Source: Chrysomallon squamiferum
Taxonomy: Eukaryota; Animalia; Mollusca
Reading direction: 5' to 3'
NCBI GenBank assembly: GCA_012295275.1
Contig: CM022672.1
Coordinates: forward strand, 18,166,001 to 18,230,000
DNA length: 64,000 bases
The position numbers and the translations under genes were made by a program. Below, one piece after another: positions 12,242-26,460 of the stretch. Under the pieces are notes generated by a model. The model was not told the origin of the DNA. It ran no database searches and saw nothing but the letters and a program-made list of their open reading frames with translations. Numbering within the stretch: the stretch's first letter is position 1; each line of letters starts with the position of its first letter.

Positions 12242-12305
<64 letters not shown>

Positions 12306-12377
12306 TTATTTATTTACTTACTTATTTATTTGTCTATTTGTTTGTTTATTTGTTTGATTGTTTGTATGTCTGCCCAT

Positions 12378-12408
<31 letters not shown>

Positions 12409-12843
12409 TTGTTGTTATCACCATCATCATCATTATTATTAAAACTCATGCTGTAGTTTGAGAATAATTAATAATAAATAAAAACACGTAAATTTCAGGA
12501 CAAAATAAAGGTAAATAATAAAATAACAAGAAATTAATAATATAACGTATTTTTAAATGTCATAAATAAAAAAGTATTTAGTTTTACTTTTTTTTTTTTT
12601 TTTTTTTTTTTGTTGATCTATACAGTTTAATAAACAAATAAATATATAAGCATTAATAATAATAATAATAATAATCATAATAATCATAATAAAAATTAAA
12701 AAAGCGTGCTCATACATACATAGAAACATTAAAATAAGAGATTGTTTGAAACTTATAAAAGTATATATGTATGTATGAATATATTTATGTATGTATGTAT
12801 GTATGTATGTATATATGTGTATGTATATACTTACATACATAGA

Positions 12844-12874
<31 letters not shown>

Positions 12875-12896
12875 TCTATGTATATATATACGTTTG

Positions 12897-12935
<39 letters not shown>

Positions 12936-13057
12936 GTATATATATATATATATATGTATGTATATATATATGTATGTATGTGTGTGTGTGTATTTATGTA
13001 TGCATGTATGAATGTACACATAAACGTGGTGTATATGAAGATTTTAACTTGTTTCAG

Positions 13058-13127
13058 ATGAAGCTGTGTGTTTTGGTGTCTCTTGGGATAGTTGTGGTTC
13101 TGTCCTTACCACGTCAGAAAAGACAAG
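13058..13127 (+). CDS. Secreted chitin-binding (CBM14-like) protein, first coding exon: signal peptide and RQKR
   Basis: ttgtttcag|ATG; encodes MKLCVLVSLGIVVVLSLPRQKRQ; donor AAG|GTAAGA, phase 1. Confidence 0.85.
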
Positions 13128-13549
13128 GTAAGAACAACAATATTCACTTTTTACTCGACTCGGTTTTCTTATTCTATTTCTACATCAAGACGATCATCGT
13201 TTTCCGTATCAACCCTATTACATAAGAATCAAAAAAATAAAATAAAAATACACATAAAATATATCTGCAAGAAAGGAAACCCTATACGTTCCAAAACATA
13301 TCTGTCGCGAATGCGCAACAACGACAGCAACAAAACACACATTCACGAAAAGAAACAACAAAAACTACAGCAGCAGCTAGAATAACAGCAACACCAACAG
13401 AGACTCAACAACAACAACAACAACTGATAAAAAAAAAAAAAACTAACTACCAACACAATTTCGACATGGTATCAGTTTATCGTCTCTCACAAAGTTCTGG
13501 GTGAATTCACGAGAACTGGTTTTTGTTTATATTTGTCTCTTTACTGCAG

Positions 13550-13732
13550 CAAACATTCAGCTTTCGCCGGACAACTGCAACTGCTGGTTCGAAGTGTTCG
13601 AAGATGGCGGACAGAGCCAGACTCAGTGCTGTACGGGAACTCTAGTGTACGACCCCAACCAAAACCTGTGCGTCTGGCCCTCCGAGTACCAGGGCTGCTC
13701 CCCGACAGTCGCGGACGCACCCCAGGGCCGAA
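13550..13732 (+). CDS. Secreted chitin-binding protein, exon with atypical CBM14-like module 1
   Basis: Acceptor tttactgcag|, donor A|GTAGGT, phase 1 to 1. Encodes PDNCNCWFEVFEDGGQSQTQCCTGTLVYDPNQNLCVWPSEYQGC, matching the peritrophin-A C-terminal signature C..G.V[FY]DP....C.WP.....C. Confidence 0.85.
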
Positions 13733-14191
13733 GTAGGTACCAGAATGGCAGAAACTTAAAAATATAGACATGTATGTGTGCGTGAGTGTTAGCGTGCGTG
13801 CGAGCGTTCGTGTGTGTGTGTATTTATAGGCCAATGCACTTATCCAGACGCAAATATAAAAATAAGTATATATTCACACACATACACACAGATGTACATG
13901 AAGACACATGTAGTATTTGTACAGATACAAACATACAAATGTACGAAATTATACATACACATGTTTGTATCTAATTACAGTATAGGCGTATACAGTCTGA
14001 AATGGTTTGACCATTTATTTGCAGTTACGTAAATATATTTGCGCAGTTGATCTCACTGTAATGTTACTGTATTTAATTGTTAAAAACATCCAGATAGGAG
14101 TAGTAGTTCTCATAGTGGAAGTAGTAAAAAAAATAATAATAAATAAAAATACCATGACAGCGACGACGACGATAACAACCACAACAACATC

Positions 14192-14251
<60 letters not shown>

Positions 14252-14281
14252 GACAGGCAACACAACACAACACAACACAAC

Positions 14282-14313
<32 letters not shown>

Positions 14314-14397
14314 AATAATAATAAAGACAGGCAGCACAACACAACAACAACAACAACAACAACAATAACAATAATACTATTATATATTATATTACAG

Positions 14398-14660
14398 GCA
14401 GTGATCCTAACCCGTGTCTGCCTCTCCCGGACGCTAACCCGGATCAGTCGTACCACCGCGCACTGCCAGGATTCTGCAACAAATTCGTCATGTGCAACTT
14501 CGGCGTGCCCAACGAGGAGCCGGTGTTCTGCCCCGCCAGCGACAACGGCACTGAGACGATGTTTAACCCCGACCTACACGGGCCAGGGCTCGGCGGGTGC
14601 GACCCTTCGTTTAACGACTGTGGGGGTGTTGTTGTGGCGCACCCAGACAAACTGGGATGA
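14398..14660 (+). CDS. Secreted chitin-binding protein, last exon with CBM14-like module 2
   Basis: Acceptor attacag|. Encodes SDPNPCLPLPDANPDQSYHRALPGFCNKFVMCNFGVPNEEPVFCPASDNGTETMFNPDLHGPGLGGCDPSFNDCGGVVVAHPDKLG*, with six Cys in CBM14 spacing. AATAAA at 14725-14730. Confidence 0.85.
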
Positions 14661-14978
14661 ATGATTTCTGTTGCGAAATGTTAACTCAGTGCCCACTTCT
14701 TGTTCACGTCTTTGTCGCTTTTCAAATAAAGAGGTTAGGTTTTATTTCTTGTAGATCTATTGTATGTGTGTTTTATTTTTTTTTTTTTTTTTATTCTGTT
14801 TCGTAATAAACAGAGTTGTGTCAAATTAAATGACGTATCAGAGGTTTCGTTACATAATTTTAATTAATTATGGCGACCCGGTTATGATGTAGTTGAAAAT
14901 ATAAATATAAATCCAAAACTAGCACAATATGTTGATAATAACAACAACGATAATAACAATACTACTACTACTAGACTT

Positions 14979-15035
<57 letters not shown>

Positions 15036-15446
15036 ACAACAACAACAACAATCATCATAATAATAATAATAAAAGGAATAAATCAAATATTTAATTATAC
15101 CTAGAAAGAGATTTATTTTTGCGAACTGTTAATAATGTGAGATATCAGATGCTGAATTCAACTGTAATAATTGTTATCACTATCAAAGAGTACCTGAATA
15201 TAATTATAATAGTATTTATTTATTTATGTATTTTTATTTTATTTTTAATTCGTGCAAAATGTCACGTATGACTGGGTCTTTAGACATTACCTTATCTCGA
15301 TTATACAATTTTATTAAAAAGCCGCAATCGTGAGCACTGAATAAACCATAATCGTATTTGTGAATAAACTGTAATCTTTTAATAACTTTATATTACCACT
15401 ATCTACTACTACTACTACTACTACTGCTACTAATATCTGCTTATAT

Positions 15447-15484
<38 letters not shown>

Positions 15485-15777
15485 ATAATAATAATAATGA
15501 ACGCACCAGACGATTTAAAAATTTATTCAACACCATACAAAATATATTGTACACGTGTACACACGTAAATAAACGAACAACAAACACATCCACATCGAAC
15601 ACACGTGATGTCAGGTTTTAAAATGAGTCAGTTTACTGGAAGCCACTTGTAAAATATCTTCTTTATCACAAATTTAGTATAAAAATAAACATTACATGCC
15701 AGCAAAATTACTTAAAGTAACCTTTGTAATTCCTGTAGTTCAAAAAGATAAGTCAGTTACATCTCATATAGAAAAAA

Positions 15778-15824
<47 letters not shown>

Positions 15825-16386
15825 AAATAAAATAAATAAAAAAAAAAATAGTGAGAAGCATATTAAATACAAATTTAATCTGAAAATAATTATTTCATTA
15901 AAATAACACCGATGCTCAAAATGCTTATACTTTAAATCTGTATAAACATATATAAAGTTGCTAAGATACGAAAGTTAATCTATTTGTTACATGAAAATTT
16001 CTGTTACGTTTTTCACTTTGTATTGAAGATTTTCTTAATTGTGTACACTATTAACTGAATCCAGTGACAGATTTCATTTTGACAAAGACAAGCTTTCTTT
16101 TAGATCATTTGCGATATTGGTCAATTTTAAATTTGATATTAAATTGTTGTTTTTAAAAATAAATATCTATCGTTTTAGCGTAAATATTGCATGGAGTCTG
16201 AAGATTGAAAATAATCTATTTCCAGAAAAGGAATTTATTTCTAATATATTTTAATTCAATAACAGATAATATAATTTAAAAAAAAAAAAATACCCAAACA
16301 TTTTAGATAAAAGAAAATTTATTTATTGTTTTATTTAACTTCCTTTTGCATACGTATATTAAACACAAAGAGAAAACGTATATTAA

Positions 16387-16459
<73 letters not shown>

Positions 16460-17366
16460 GATAAAAATAAACAAAAAAAAAAAAAAAAAATCATACTGAA
16501 AATAAATAATGAAGATAATTAAAAATAATTAACAAAACAAAAACCCCTTCCCAAAGAAAAAAAAAAAATCTGTTTCTTTAGTTATTTTTATATTTCAAAC
16601 TAAACATTAAGTCATTACTTCTTTCTAAAATATATTTTAAAAATCCCTTTTGTTTTGGGCATTTTTTATTTTTATTTTTCTTTAAACATCATAATCTGTA
16701 GAAACTGGCAAATGTTGCTAGCACCATTTAAATGAAAACACTAAGGTGGTTTGTACGTGCCTGGGAATGGACGAACTGGGTGCAGGAAACAAAATGATGG
16801 AAGACGACAACATTTTTCTGATGAATTTCTGAAAAAAAAGAAAACCCCACCTACCTAACATAGCAAACGAGTTCTGCTTCGTTCTCCCTCACCTTACTTG
16901 ATCATAATTAAAGTAGGTGTTCATTGTAAACGGTTCTATAACGAGATTCCAAACCAGCTTTTGAAACGTGTCATTATTATTCTCGTCGCTATTTCTTATT
17001 ATTGTTATTAAGGCACTGAATTTGTACAGCAGATTTTCGTAAAGTTTTGTGTGACCGCGGTTTCTTAAGTTACGAACACGCTTTAAGATGATTCTTTTGG
17101 AAAGTGTAATTATTATCCTCGTCGACATTTTTAGAATTAAGGCACAGAGTTGTAAGAGCAATATTTCGTAAAGCGTTATGTGGCCACTATTACGAACATG
17201 CTACTTTATTAACATAGCCTTCGATTGAATTTAAAAACCGTAAACGTATCTGAAATTATATAATATATAAATCTGATCTGAGGAAAGGACATTAAAACAC
17301 TTGGTGCTCGATATTGACTAACAATAATATCAAAATTACCTCTCTCTCTCTTTGTCTATCTGTCTG

Positions 17367-17467
<101 letters not shown>

Positions 17468-19215
17468 TGATCTCATTCGTGTTATTTAATTGTAAACAAA
17501 AATCATTAAAAGTAACGATAAAAATAATATAATAAAAACTGTTAAAATATTTATCATGTCGGTCAGCAGCTTTGGAAAAACAAGTGAAATTGTGAACATT
17601 TCATATTTTTTAGCTTTATAAAAAAGTGAACATTATTTTATTTTATTTTATAACTTTTGTTCCGAGAAAAATATGACGAGATAACATAATTAGTTATTAC
17701 TATATCTTCCATTCAGTTATTAATTTATTAAGAAGTTAATATACTGTATTAAGAAAATAGCAAAAATAGAATTTTGATTTAATTATTATGACCGAAACCA
17801 ATAATAAATGTTTAAATAATAATAGTATTCATTGCATCCTTATTATGTTATGCAATAGTCGATGAAGTCAAACTATTATTACGTAATATTCGATACACTG
17901 TAGTGTGGTATTAACAGAAGATCATAGCTGACTCTGTCACAGCGATTTCAAAAATATCAGATGGTAGAGACAAATCCCATCAAAAATACTATAACTGACA
18001 TTCATCATAGAGCGTGTGTGTACATCATCTGTACATAACAACTCATTGTTCTGAGTCACGTGAACGTTTTTCACGTGATGTATAAAATTTATATAGTACT
18101 TTTGTACGTATACATTGTCTTAACAACAATCAGAGCATATCAAAATAATCAGAGATGTTATCAAGTGTCACATTTTTTTTTGTTTTCCTCTTGGAACTCT
18201 ACAAATACTATGGATTTCTCGATTTCTAACAATTTAGACCGAACGTCTTGGCTTTACTGTAACAACACATAGCAAACAAATTAGAGCACTGAATAATCAA
18301 AACAAAGTAACAGTTAGTTGTGTCATGATTTCTTTCCACACAGAAATACGTCAAGTCTTTGTGAGTATCAAATGTTCTTCTACACTACATTCGCGGTGTT
18401 CAGTAAGTTCAGAATATACACGTAGTTTTGTTGTTGTTTTAAAAAAACAAACAAAAAACAACAACACAGGACAGAACGATACAGCCGTTCACAGACCTCG
18501 CTTCTTGAAGATCTGGCAAGTCTCTGGACATTGTCTGTGTAGACGAAAACATACAGATGTAGACTGCTGTCCACAGTCTTCAGATGGACTCTCGGAGAGT
18601 TCTGTCATAATAACAAGAAGACTTTTCTGGTTCTGTTGATAACTGCAGTTTGCACACTACAACATCTGCGTTATTAACATCTGACAGGCAACTGCAGTCC
18701 AGCAATCGCTTCGATGTAAGCTTTTTTTTTATTTCGTTGTTGTACTACCAGATACCGTGGGAGTCTTCCAGTTGCTTTAGTACTAACAACATTCGATGTT
18801 TGGAATTTGCTGGCGTTTGCAAAAACCAAAACAATAAAAGACATTAAAATTGTTGTTAGGATTTTTTTTCATAATCGTAACATTGAGATTATGTAATTGT
18901 TTTTTTTTTTTTTTTTGGCTTTTAAAGGTAAACTTGTACTAGATGATGACGTTTTTGCATGTATTTTAATTTACAAAATAAATAGCACAAGTTCTAAACG
19001 ACATTAGTAATTCAGTTTCCATTAAGGCAGAAAACGTGTATTTCTCAACAAAGAAAATTAAAAAGAAAAAAAAAAAAAAAAAGAAAAAAAGAAACAATAT
19101 CATTTACAAAATGAGCAAATTGGGTCGAAATTCATGAGCAAGATAACAAGACAAAAAATAGTCCACATTTCAGGATGATGTCCATAATTTATATTTGTTT
19201 TTTGGAGGTCAAAGA

Positions 19216-19539
19216 TCACTGTGGCATTTGACCGTAAGATGAATGCATGACGTTGTATTCCTGCGCCTTCATCCGTAAGCAGGCTATACTAGAGCCTACA
19301 TTTGGCGGAGGAGAATATGAGTGATTGGCCAGAGCACAGCTGGATGACGTAGTCACGGGACTGTAACTGGGAGGAGTGGGCCACGACAAATAGTCAGAGT
19401 TCATGGGGGAAGGTCGTGGCGTCATAGGTTGCTCGATTGGCGTGCTCTCTACGCTTCTACCCCCAAACACGTTCTGCCTCTGTGCCATCAGGTTTCTCTC
19501 GTTCCGTCGAAATTTGGCTCTGCGGTTCTGAAACCATAC
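19216..19539 (-). CDS. Prrx: Prrx paired-related homeobox, exon 3 (homeodomain helix 3 end, OAR domain, stop)
   Basis: Encodes VWFQNRRAKFRRNER...IEQP...SSIACLRMKAQEY (OAR). Acceptor ttccag|GTA. The intron between homeodomain Q46 and V47 is typical of PRD-class genes. Confidence 0.97.
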   Translation of the reverse strand, partial: VWFQNRRAKFRRNERNLMAQRQNVFGGRSVESTPIEQPMTPRPSPMNSDYLSWPTPPSYSPVTTSSSCALANHSYSPPPNVGSSIACLRMKAQEYNVMHSSYGQMPQ

Positions 19540-19542
19540 CTG

Positions 19543-19608
<66 letters not shown>

Positions 19609-20412
19609 CAACAACAACAACAACAACAGCAACAACAATATCAACAACAGCAACAATCATAACAGTAATAATAATAATGATGATGATGATTATGGTGACA
19701 GTAGTAATAGAAAACAATATTTGTAATAATTTGTGATGATGATGATGATGATGATGATGATGACTACTACGACGGCGACAACTATAACGATGATGATTAT
19801 GATAAAAACAAGAACAACAATCTTTATAATGAAAGTGTGGATGTAAATAGGATAATAACGATCAGATGACAATGAAAGCAATAATAATAATTTATAAATT
19901 TAAGCTGTTCGCTTTTCGCTGTTCATTCATTAATCTGTCAGTAATATCAATTCACATACGTACTGACCTGAGCATCACTCTGCTTATCTCTCCTACACAC
20001 GACAGAAAAATGTCCAGAACTATTACCGTACACACAATTTATTTTATTTGCAAAAATTAGTAGTGAAAACTGAATAATACCGATTTATTACGCAGCTGTT
20101 GATAAGACAGAGTGCACTACTGCATCATTTATGATTTGGTTACATACAACACATGCTGCTGATTTAATCATAATAGTTTACACGAAGATACATCATTCAT
20201 TTGTGCGACTTTAAATAAAGAATATTGTAATGTATTATACCATATCGCTAAGTGTGTGATGTAAAAAAAAAAAACCTCTGTAATTAATGTTATTATTCAT
20301 AGTTATTATCGTTGTGGTTATTGTTGTTGCTGTTGTTGTTGCTATTATTGTGAATATTTTGGTTACTGTTGTTGCTGTTTTGTTGTCGTTATTGCTATTC
20401 TTATTCTTATTC

Positions 20413-20476
<64 letters not shown>

Positions 20477-20513
20477 AATAATAATAACAACAACAACAAC
20501 AACAACAACAACA

Positions 20514-20563
<50 letters not shown>

Positions 20564-20689
20564 CCACACACGTTTTATAAAAGTGAAGACCCAAGAGTGT
20601 TTTGTTTGGTCATAAATAACGTTCTCCAGCTGCATTTTGCTAGTTTACACTGATTCAACTCTAGGCAGCCTAAATTACATTTAAGCACG

Positions 20690-20800
20690 TTGGTATTAAA
20701 CGTGACGGGTCGCTGGATCGGTAACCCTTGGTACGCCCATATGGGCTATTGCTCGTTCCATCCGGTGGCCCGAGACTGATAATGACGTCATGGTATATGT
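20690..20800 (+). mobile_element. Degenerate SINE-like fragment; related relics at ~9790-9860 (+) and ~31590-31715 (-)
   Basis: 'gggtcgctggatcg...cccatatgggctattgctcgttccatccggtggcc' and 'tataaaagatcccttactgctga...aagagtaaccc' resemble, from memory, a gastropod tRNA-derived SINE. The 31.6-kb copy is a loose reverse complement of these. Not database-verified. Confidence 0.5.
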
Positions 20801-20865
20801 TTGTTTTTGTTTGATTTATGAATAAAAAATTAAATGAAATAATATAAAGTGTTTCTAATGACGTA

Positions 20866-20908
<43 letters not shown>

Positions 20909-21302
20909 TTTGTTTTATTTATGGATACAACATTAAATGAAATAACAATCCTTGTTTCTAATGACGTCACAATATTTGTTTGTTTCTCTTTTATTTATGG
21001 ATACCAAATTAAATGAAATACAATCCTTGTTTAATGACGTCAAATATATGTTTGTTTCTCTTTATTTATGGATACCAAATTAAATGAAATAACAATCCTT
21101 GTTTCTAATGACGTCATGACATGTTTGTTGTTCTGTTTATGGACACAAAATTAAATGGAATGACGTTAAAATTTTGTTGTTCTGTTTATGGACACAAAAT
21201 TAAATGAAAAAACAATCCTTGTTTCTAATGACGTCATAACTTGTTTGTTTTCGTTTTATTTATGGATACAAAATTAAATGAAATAACAATCCTTGTTTCT
21301 AA
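20781..21302. repeat. ~73-bp minisatellite (~7 units) in Prrx intron 2
   Basis: Repeated unit 'tttatggatacaaaattaaatgaaataacaatccttgtttctaatgacgtca'. Confidence 0.92.
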
Positions 21303-21534
21303 ATCCACTAACTTCCAGGCTGATCAGTAAGGCAAAATGTTTGTTACAGAAATGTATTTATTTATGCTGCATTCAATTACTGTTTTTATTTTAAGATTTC
21401 ATTAATCATTCATATGCCTAAAAGGTGTATGTACGTATGTTTGTATTTAACATCTGTATTTTTATACATATTAACATGTATCATTTATGTTTTTAACATT
21501 TATATATATATATTCACACACAAATGTTACCAAC

Positions 21535-21567
<33 letters not shown>

Positions 21568-21803
21568 TGTATGTATGTATGTATGTATGTATGTATGTAT
21601 GTATGTATGTATGTATATATGTATGTATGTATTTATGTATATATGTATGTATGTATGTATATATATGTATGCATAATATTTGCAGACGGACGTATAAGAA
21701 CCTAGTATTGAGTTTTCAAATTTATTTCATTTATTTTTATTCAGTTATATTTTTCGAAAATTCTGTTATCTTTGAAATTAGGTCTAATACTTTGACGTAT
21801 TTA

Positions 21804-22079
<276 letters not shown>

Positions 22080-22835
22080 TTATAAATATATAAATATTTG
22101 TAAAAATGAAAAATGTTTGATAATGATTGCCCATCTCAGAAGAAATATTTTCATTTTTTTCCTTATGCCAGTATCTTTGATAAACCTGTTTAGAACGGGA
22201 AATAAGCCAGTCCACAATGCACAAAAGTGTGAACATGCCTACGTACACTGACATATTACGCTTTACAGATTTGTTTAGGAACCACAGCTAAATTAAATAA
22301 ATCTAAATTAACACATTTGGCGTAGATAATAGTATTTTCTAAAAATAACCACTGTCACACCGTTACAACCAATCGAGACTCTCGGATGCATTCACTCCTT
22401 CCTGCTCCATCGTGCACCTCGAACCACGCGACCTGGAGCAGAGAAAGCAGCCGAGGAATAAAACTTTGATCGATGGAGCAATAATTTGCCACGGGGAGAC
22501 GAGCCGGAATGCAGATAAACATCTCTTTCCGTGGATCCTTAAAAATGACTCAACATCAGTCCCGTTTATACGTCTGCGGCAATATCACACTTTATATTTC
22601 CTGACGAACGCAACATTCGCTCGAGTCAGTTTGAGATGGAACCTTTACACCTGACTAGTTCTGAACAGGTACGTGTAGGCGCACAGACGCCGCATCACTG
22701 GATGTCGAATAAATCAAGTAAGGAAGAGATGGCAGAAACTGGTGCCCAAATCCCGCGTGTCTTTTCTAATCCATTGGTATTTGATGCAAGCTGCGTATGA
22801 ATGTTTAAATACCCGTGTTTGTACAGAGAGGGAGG

Positions 22836-22922
<87 letters not shown>

Positions 22923-23404
22923 GGGTATTAAAACAGTTCTTGAACTTGGTCCTGTTCAATGACTAATTAAAAATTTCAGTTTGAAAAACGATAAAAGTAT
23001 TTTTCGCTTAATTAATTAATATTTAAATGTTTATTACGATATGCTGATATAAACATTGGCTTTTTTATTTACATTTGTACCGTAATTCATTACGATAATA
23101 ATAGCATGAAAGTATATATATATATAAAAAAAAAAAACGTTATAAAATTACAAAGAAAAAAAAAAAAAAAAAAAAATGAAAAGTAGGGATGTAATAAAAC
23201 AATACTAAAACAAACGAACGAACAAAACAAACAAACATATAAATAAAATAAACATAAACATAAACAAAAACAAAAAATAATAAGAAGAACAGAAATAATA
23301 AATACATTTCTCTCTCTCTCTCTCTCCTCCCGAAAGGACAATGAATGCATGTTGTTGGGTTGAATGGGAAATTATAAAAAAAAAATTAACATTTCCGGAC
23401 TTCA

Positions 23405-23435
<31 letters not shown>

Positions 23436-23964
23436 GAGTTCTACGAAAAGGTCCAATCACTCTGAGTGCCAGAGAATGAAAATATGGCGGCACCACTTGT
23501 AACCCGGCTCTAAATCACGTAAAGAAACAAAAACTTTTGAGAATAAAAATGTCTCAAATAACCAAACGTGTCTCTCTGGACAGACTTATGAGCACAGGAA
23601 TATTTAGCTTGTCTTTAGAATGATTTACGAAGACGGTTCGGGCAGGCGACGAACGAGATACAATCTAAGTATCGCGAAATCGAGTTCTTCACGGCTGTAA
23701 GAAAGCGAGAAGTTTGAAACAGTGCGGAAGGTCATGGCAAAAGGTCACCGTGAACACTGCAACGTTGTTGGCCTGTATTATTATTATTATCAAGCCGGTG
23801 ACGTTGCTTGCTATCGGATTACTTTGAGAAATTAATTAATTTTTTGTTTGTTTTTGTTTTGTGTGTGTGTGAAAAGTGATTTTGTGTCAGAGCAGGCGAA
23901 ATGTGACAAAAAACCGATGTTGGACTGTTCATTTGCAGTCATCGACCTTAGAGAAAAATTGGAG

Positions 23965-24084
<120 letters not shown>

Positions 24085-24684
24085 TTGCTTAATATGCCAG
24101 AAGACGAAAAAGAAGAAGTGATAACAGTAATAGCAGCATTAGTTATTGATGTTGAAGTTGGTGAAATGGCAAAAGAGCAACCTCGATAGTAGAAGTAGAG
24201 GCGAAAGTTATCATGGTAAAAGTTCCTATGAAACTAATTTATGATCTTTTAATACCAGGTTCAGTCAGTTATCACACTAATTAAATTAGTAATTTACCTC
24301 ATTCAGTGATACACATTAGCTCATTTGTGTACAAAAAGGCTAAAGGTTACAATAGCGTGACGTCATAAAAGTGTTTACGTAACGTTTCCTATTTTGCATT
24401 TCCTGGACTAGCTGGTTGTCAACCTATCGCCATGGTTCTACTAGTTTACTGATTCTAACAATGCAAGTAAGTATTTATCTGCAATATTTATAAATTTTCA
24501 ACAACAAAAAAAAAAAAAAATATTCTGAACTTTTGGTTCAAATAATTCCTTGTTGTTAATACGAAAAAAATGACTGGCTGGATGTTTCATGTTATAAATT
24601 CAAAATTATTATTATTATTATTATTACATATTAGGTTGAGAGTTTTTTCCTTATATTATATTATATTATATATTATTCATATGC

Positions 24685-25135
24685 ATTTATTAGGAAACGT
24701 TTCTGTATTTATTTATTTATTTATTTGCATTTATATATTTTAATTTATATTTATCTATTTATTTGCATTTATTTATTAATTTTATTAATTAAGTTACATG
24801 TTTTTATTTAATTATTACATGTTAAAGGCCAGTTTGTTAAATGTACACGTTCAGTGATATATTTAAATCATGATTTATCTTGTTCCTACTCTATCAGTTG
24901 TTACGTTTCGGAACAAAAAGAATACGTTTACTGTCTGTTCATTGTTGAAATACTGTTTGTTCGTTTGTGAATTTTTCTGTTTTAATCTGTTTATCTTTTC
25001 CCGTTTTTATTATGGTATTTTTTTTCTGGTGTTTATTTCTCTCTCTGTCGGTTTGTCTATCTGTGTGTCTATCTCTCTCTCTCTCTCTATCATAATTCAT
25101 ATATCTACGTATCTGTTGTTTGTTGATCGTTTAAC
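24685..25135 (+). repeat. Left arm of a long inverted repeat (partner 27812-28247)
   Basis: 'gaatacgtttactgtctgttcattgttgaaatactgtttgttcgtttgtgaatttttctg' (~24920) is the exact reverse complement of ~27956-28015. Similarity extends over ~440 bp. Confidence 0.92.
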
Positions 25136-25466
25136 TGCTGTTTCGAGGCATCTTCCTTTATTTTATTTTCATTTGTTTTAAATTCCTTTCTATTTATTGT
25201 ATTTTACGTATTACGTTAAATAATTATTTTAGAACTTTCTTTCTGTTTCATGTATTTCATTTATATTGTTTGTTAATATTTTATAATAACTTACATGAAA
25301 ATAATTAGTTTTAAAACTGTCTTTAATTTTGCCCTTAATACACAGATTTCTAATAGTTAATATTTGGTCAAACACACAGTGAAACAAATAAAATTAATAA
25401 AATTTTAACATTTGAGATAGACAATAATTCAAGTCCTGCCCAAATCATTCTAAAAAAAATTGAGAA

Positions 25467-25510
<44 letters not shown>

Positions 25511-25631
25511 AAAAATTGATACAACAATGAATTGTATAAGCAGTTCAATAGAAATATCATTCTTTAACAAAACAAAACTCGCATTTTGCACTTCCTACTA
25601 AAACATACGCACACACAGGTGTATTATATAC

Positions 25632-25788
<157 letters not shown>

Positions 25789-26406
25789 GTGTACGGAACT
25801 GTAATCTGCAACCTTCGTCCTACACGACAATGAAGACGTTCACCAGAATCCAGCAAAAATGTCTTCAAAACTTCCCCACAAGGTAGGTAGGATTTGCTGC
25901 TGGGTGACATCCGAGGGAAGAAATTAAGGATACTCGGGGCGACTAGGAGCGCCATCTGTCGACCGACCAACCCCGCAGAGAAGACAAGCCGACACAAAAC
26001 AGAAATCTCTTATCTGACTACGCTAACAGTGTGCCCATCTCTTGGCATGGCTTATCGACTAATTGCCGGAGATGTTTAAAGCCTTTCTTCTGTGCGCATC
26101 TTTCAGTGGAAGACCCACAGTCTCCCGATGTTTGTAAAACAAGTCGATCTGTTCTTGATGAAGCCAGTTTGCAAGAGGCGAAATTCCTCAGCGATGTTTT
26201 TGTATTACATATTTCGCCAATTAGCGCGGTTATAATAAGACGCTTGTGTGGCAGATGCTGGCGCGATGACATTGTCGTACAATTTACCGCCATACTCGGT
26301 ACGTGTCGGTGTAATAAAGTTTAAAATTTTAAAAAAAATAATAATAATAATAATAATGTTACTATATATATTGAGGCAGGTTTATTACTTTATATTATTG
26401 TATGTA

Positions 26407-26460
<54 letters not shown>

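Noticed and set aside
14401-14664. 87-aa ORF MILTRVCLSR... and opposite-strand ORFs over the chitin-binding exons
   Set aside because: These are shadow frames of the real coding exons. The correct frame is set by the phase-1 splice and ends at 14660.
19540-19656. Poly-Leu 'signal or TM' extension on the Prrx exon 3 ORF
   Set aside because: It is the intronic (TTA/TTG)n tract upstream of the true acceptor at 19540/19539.
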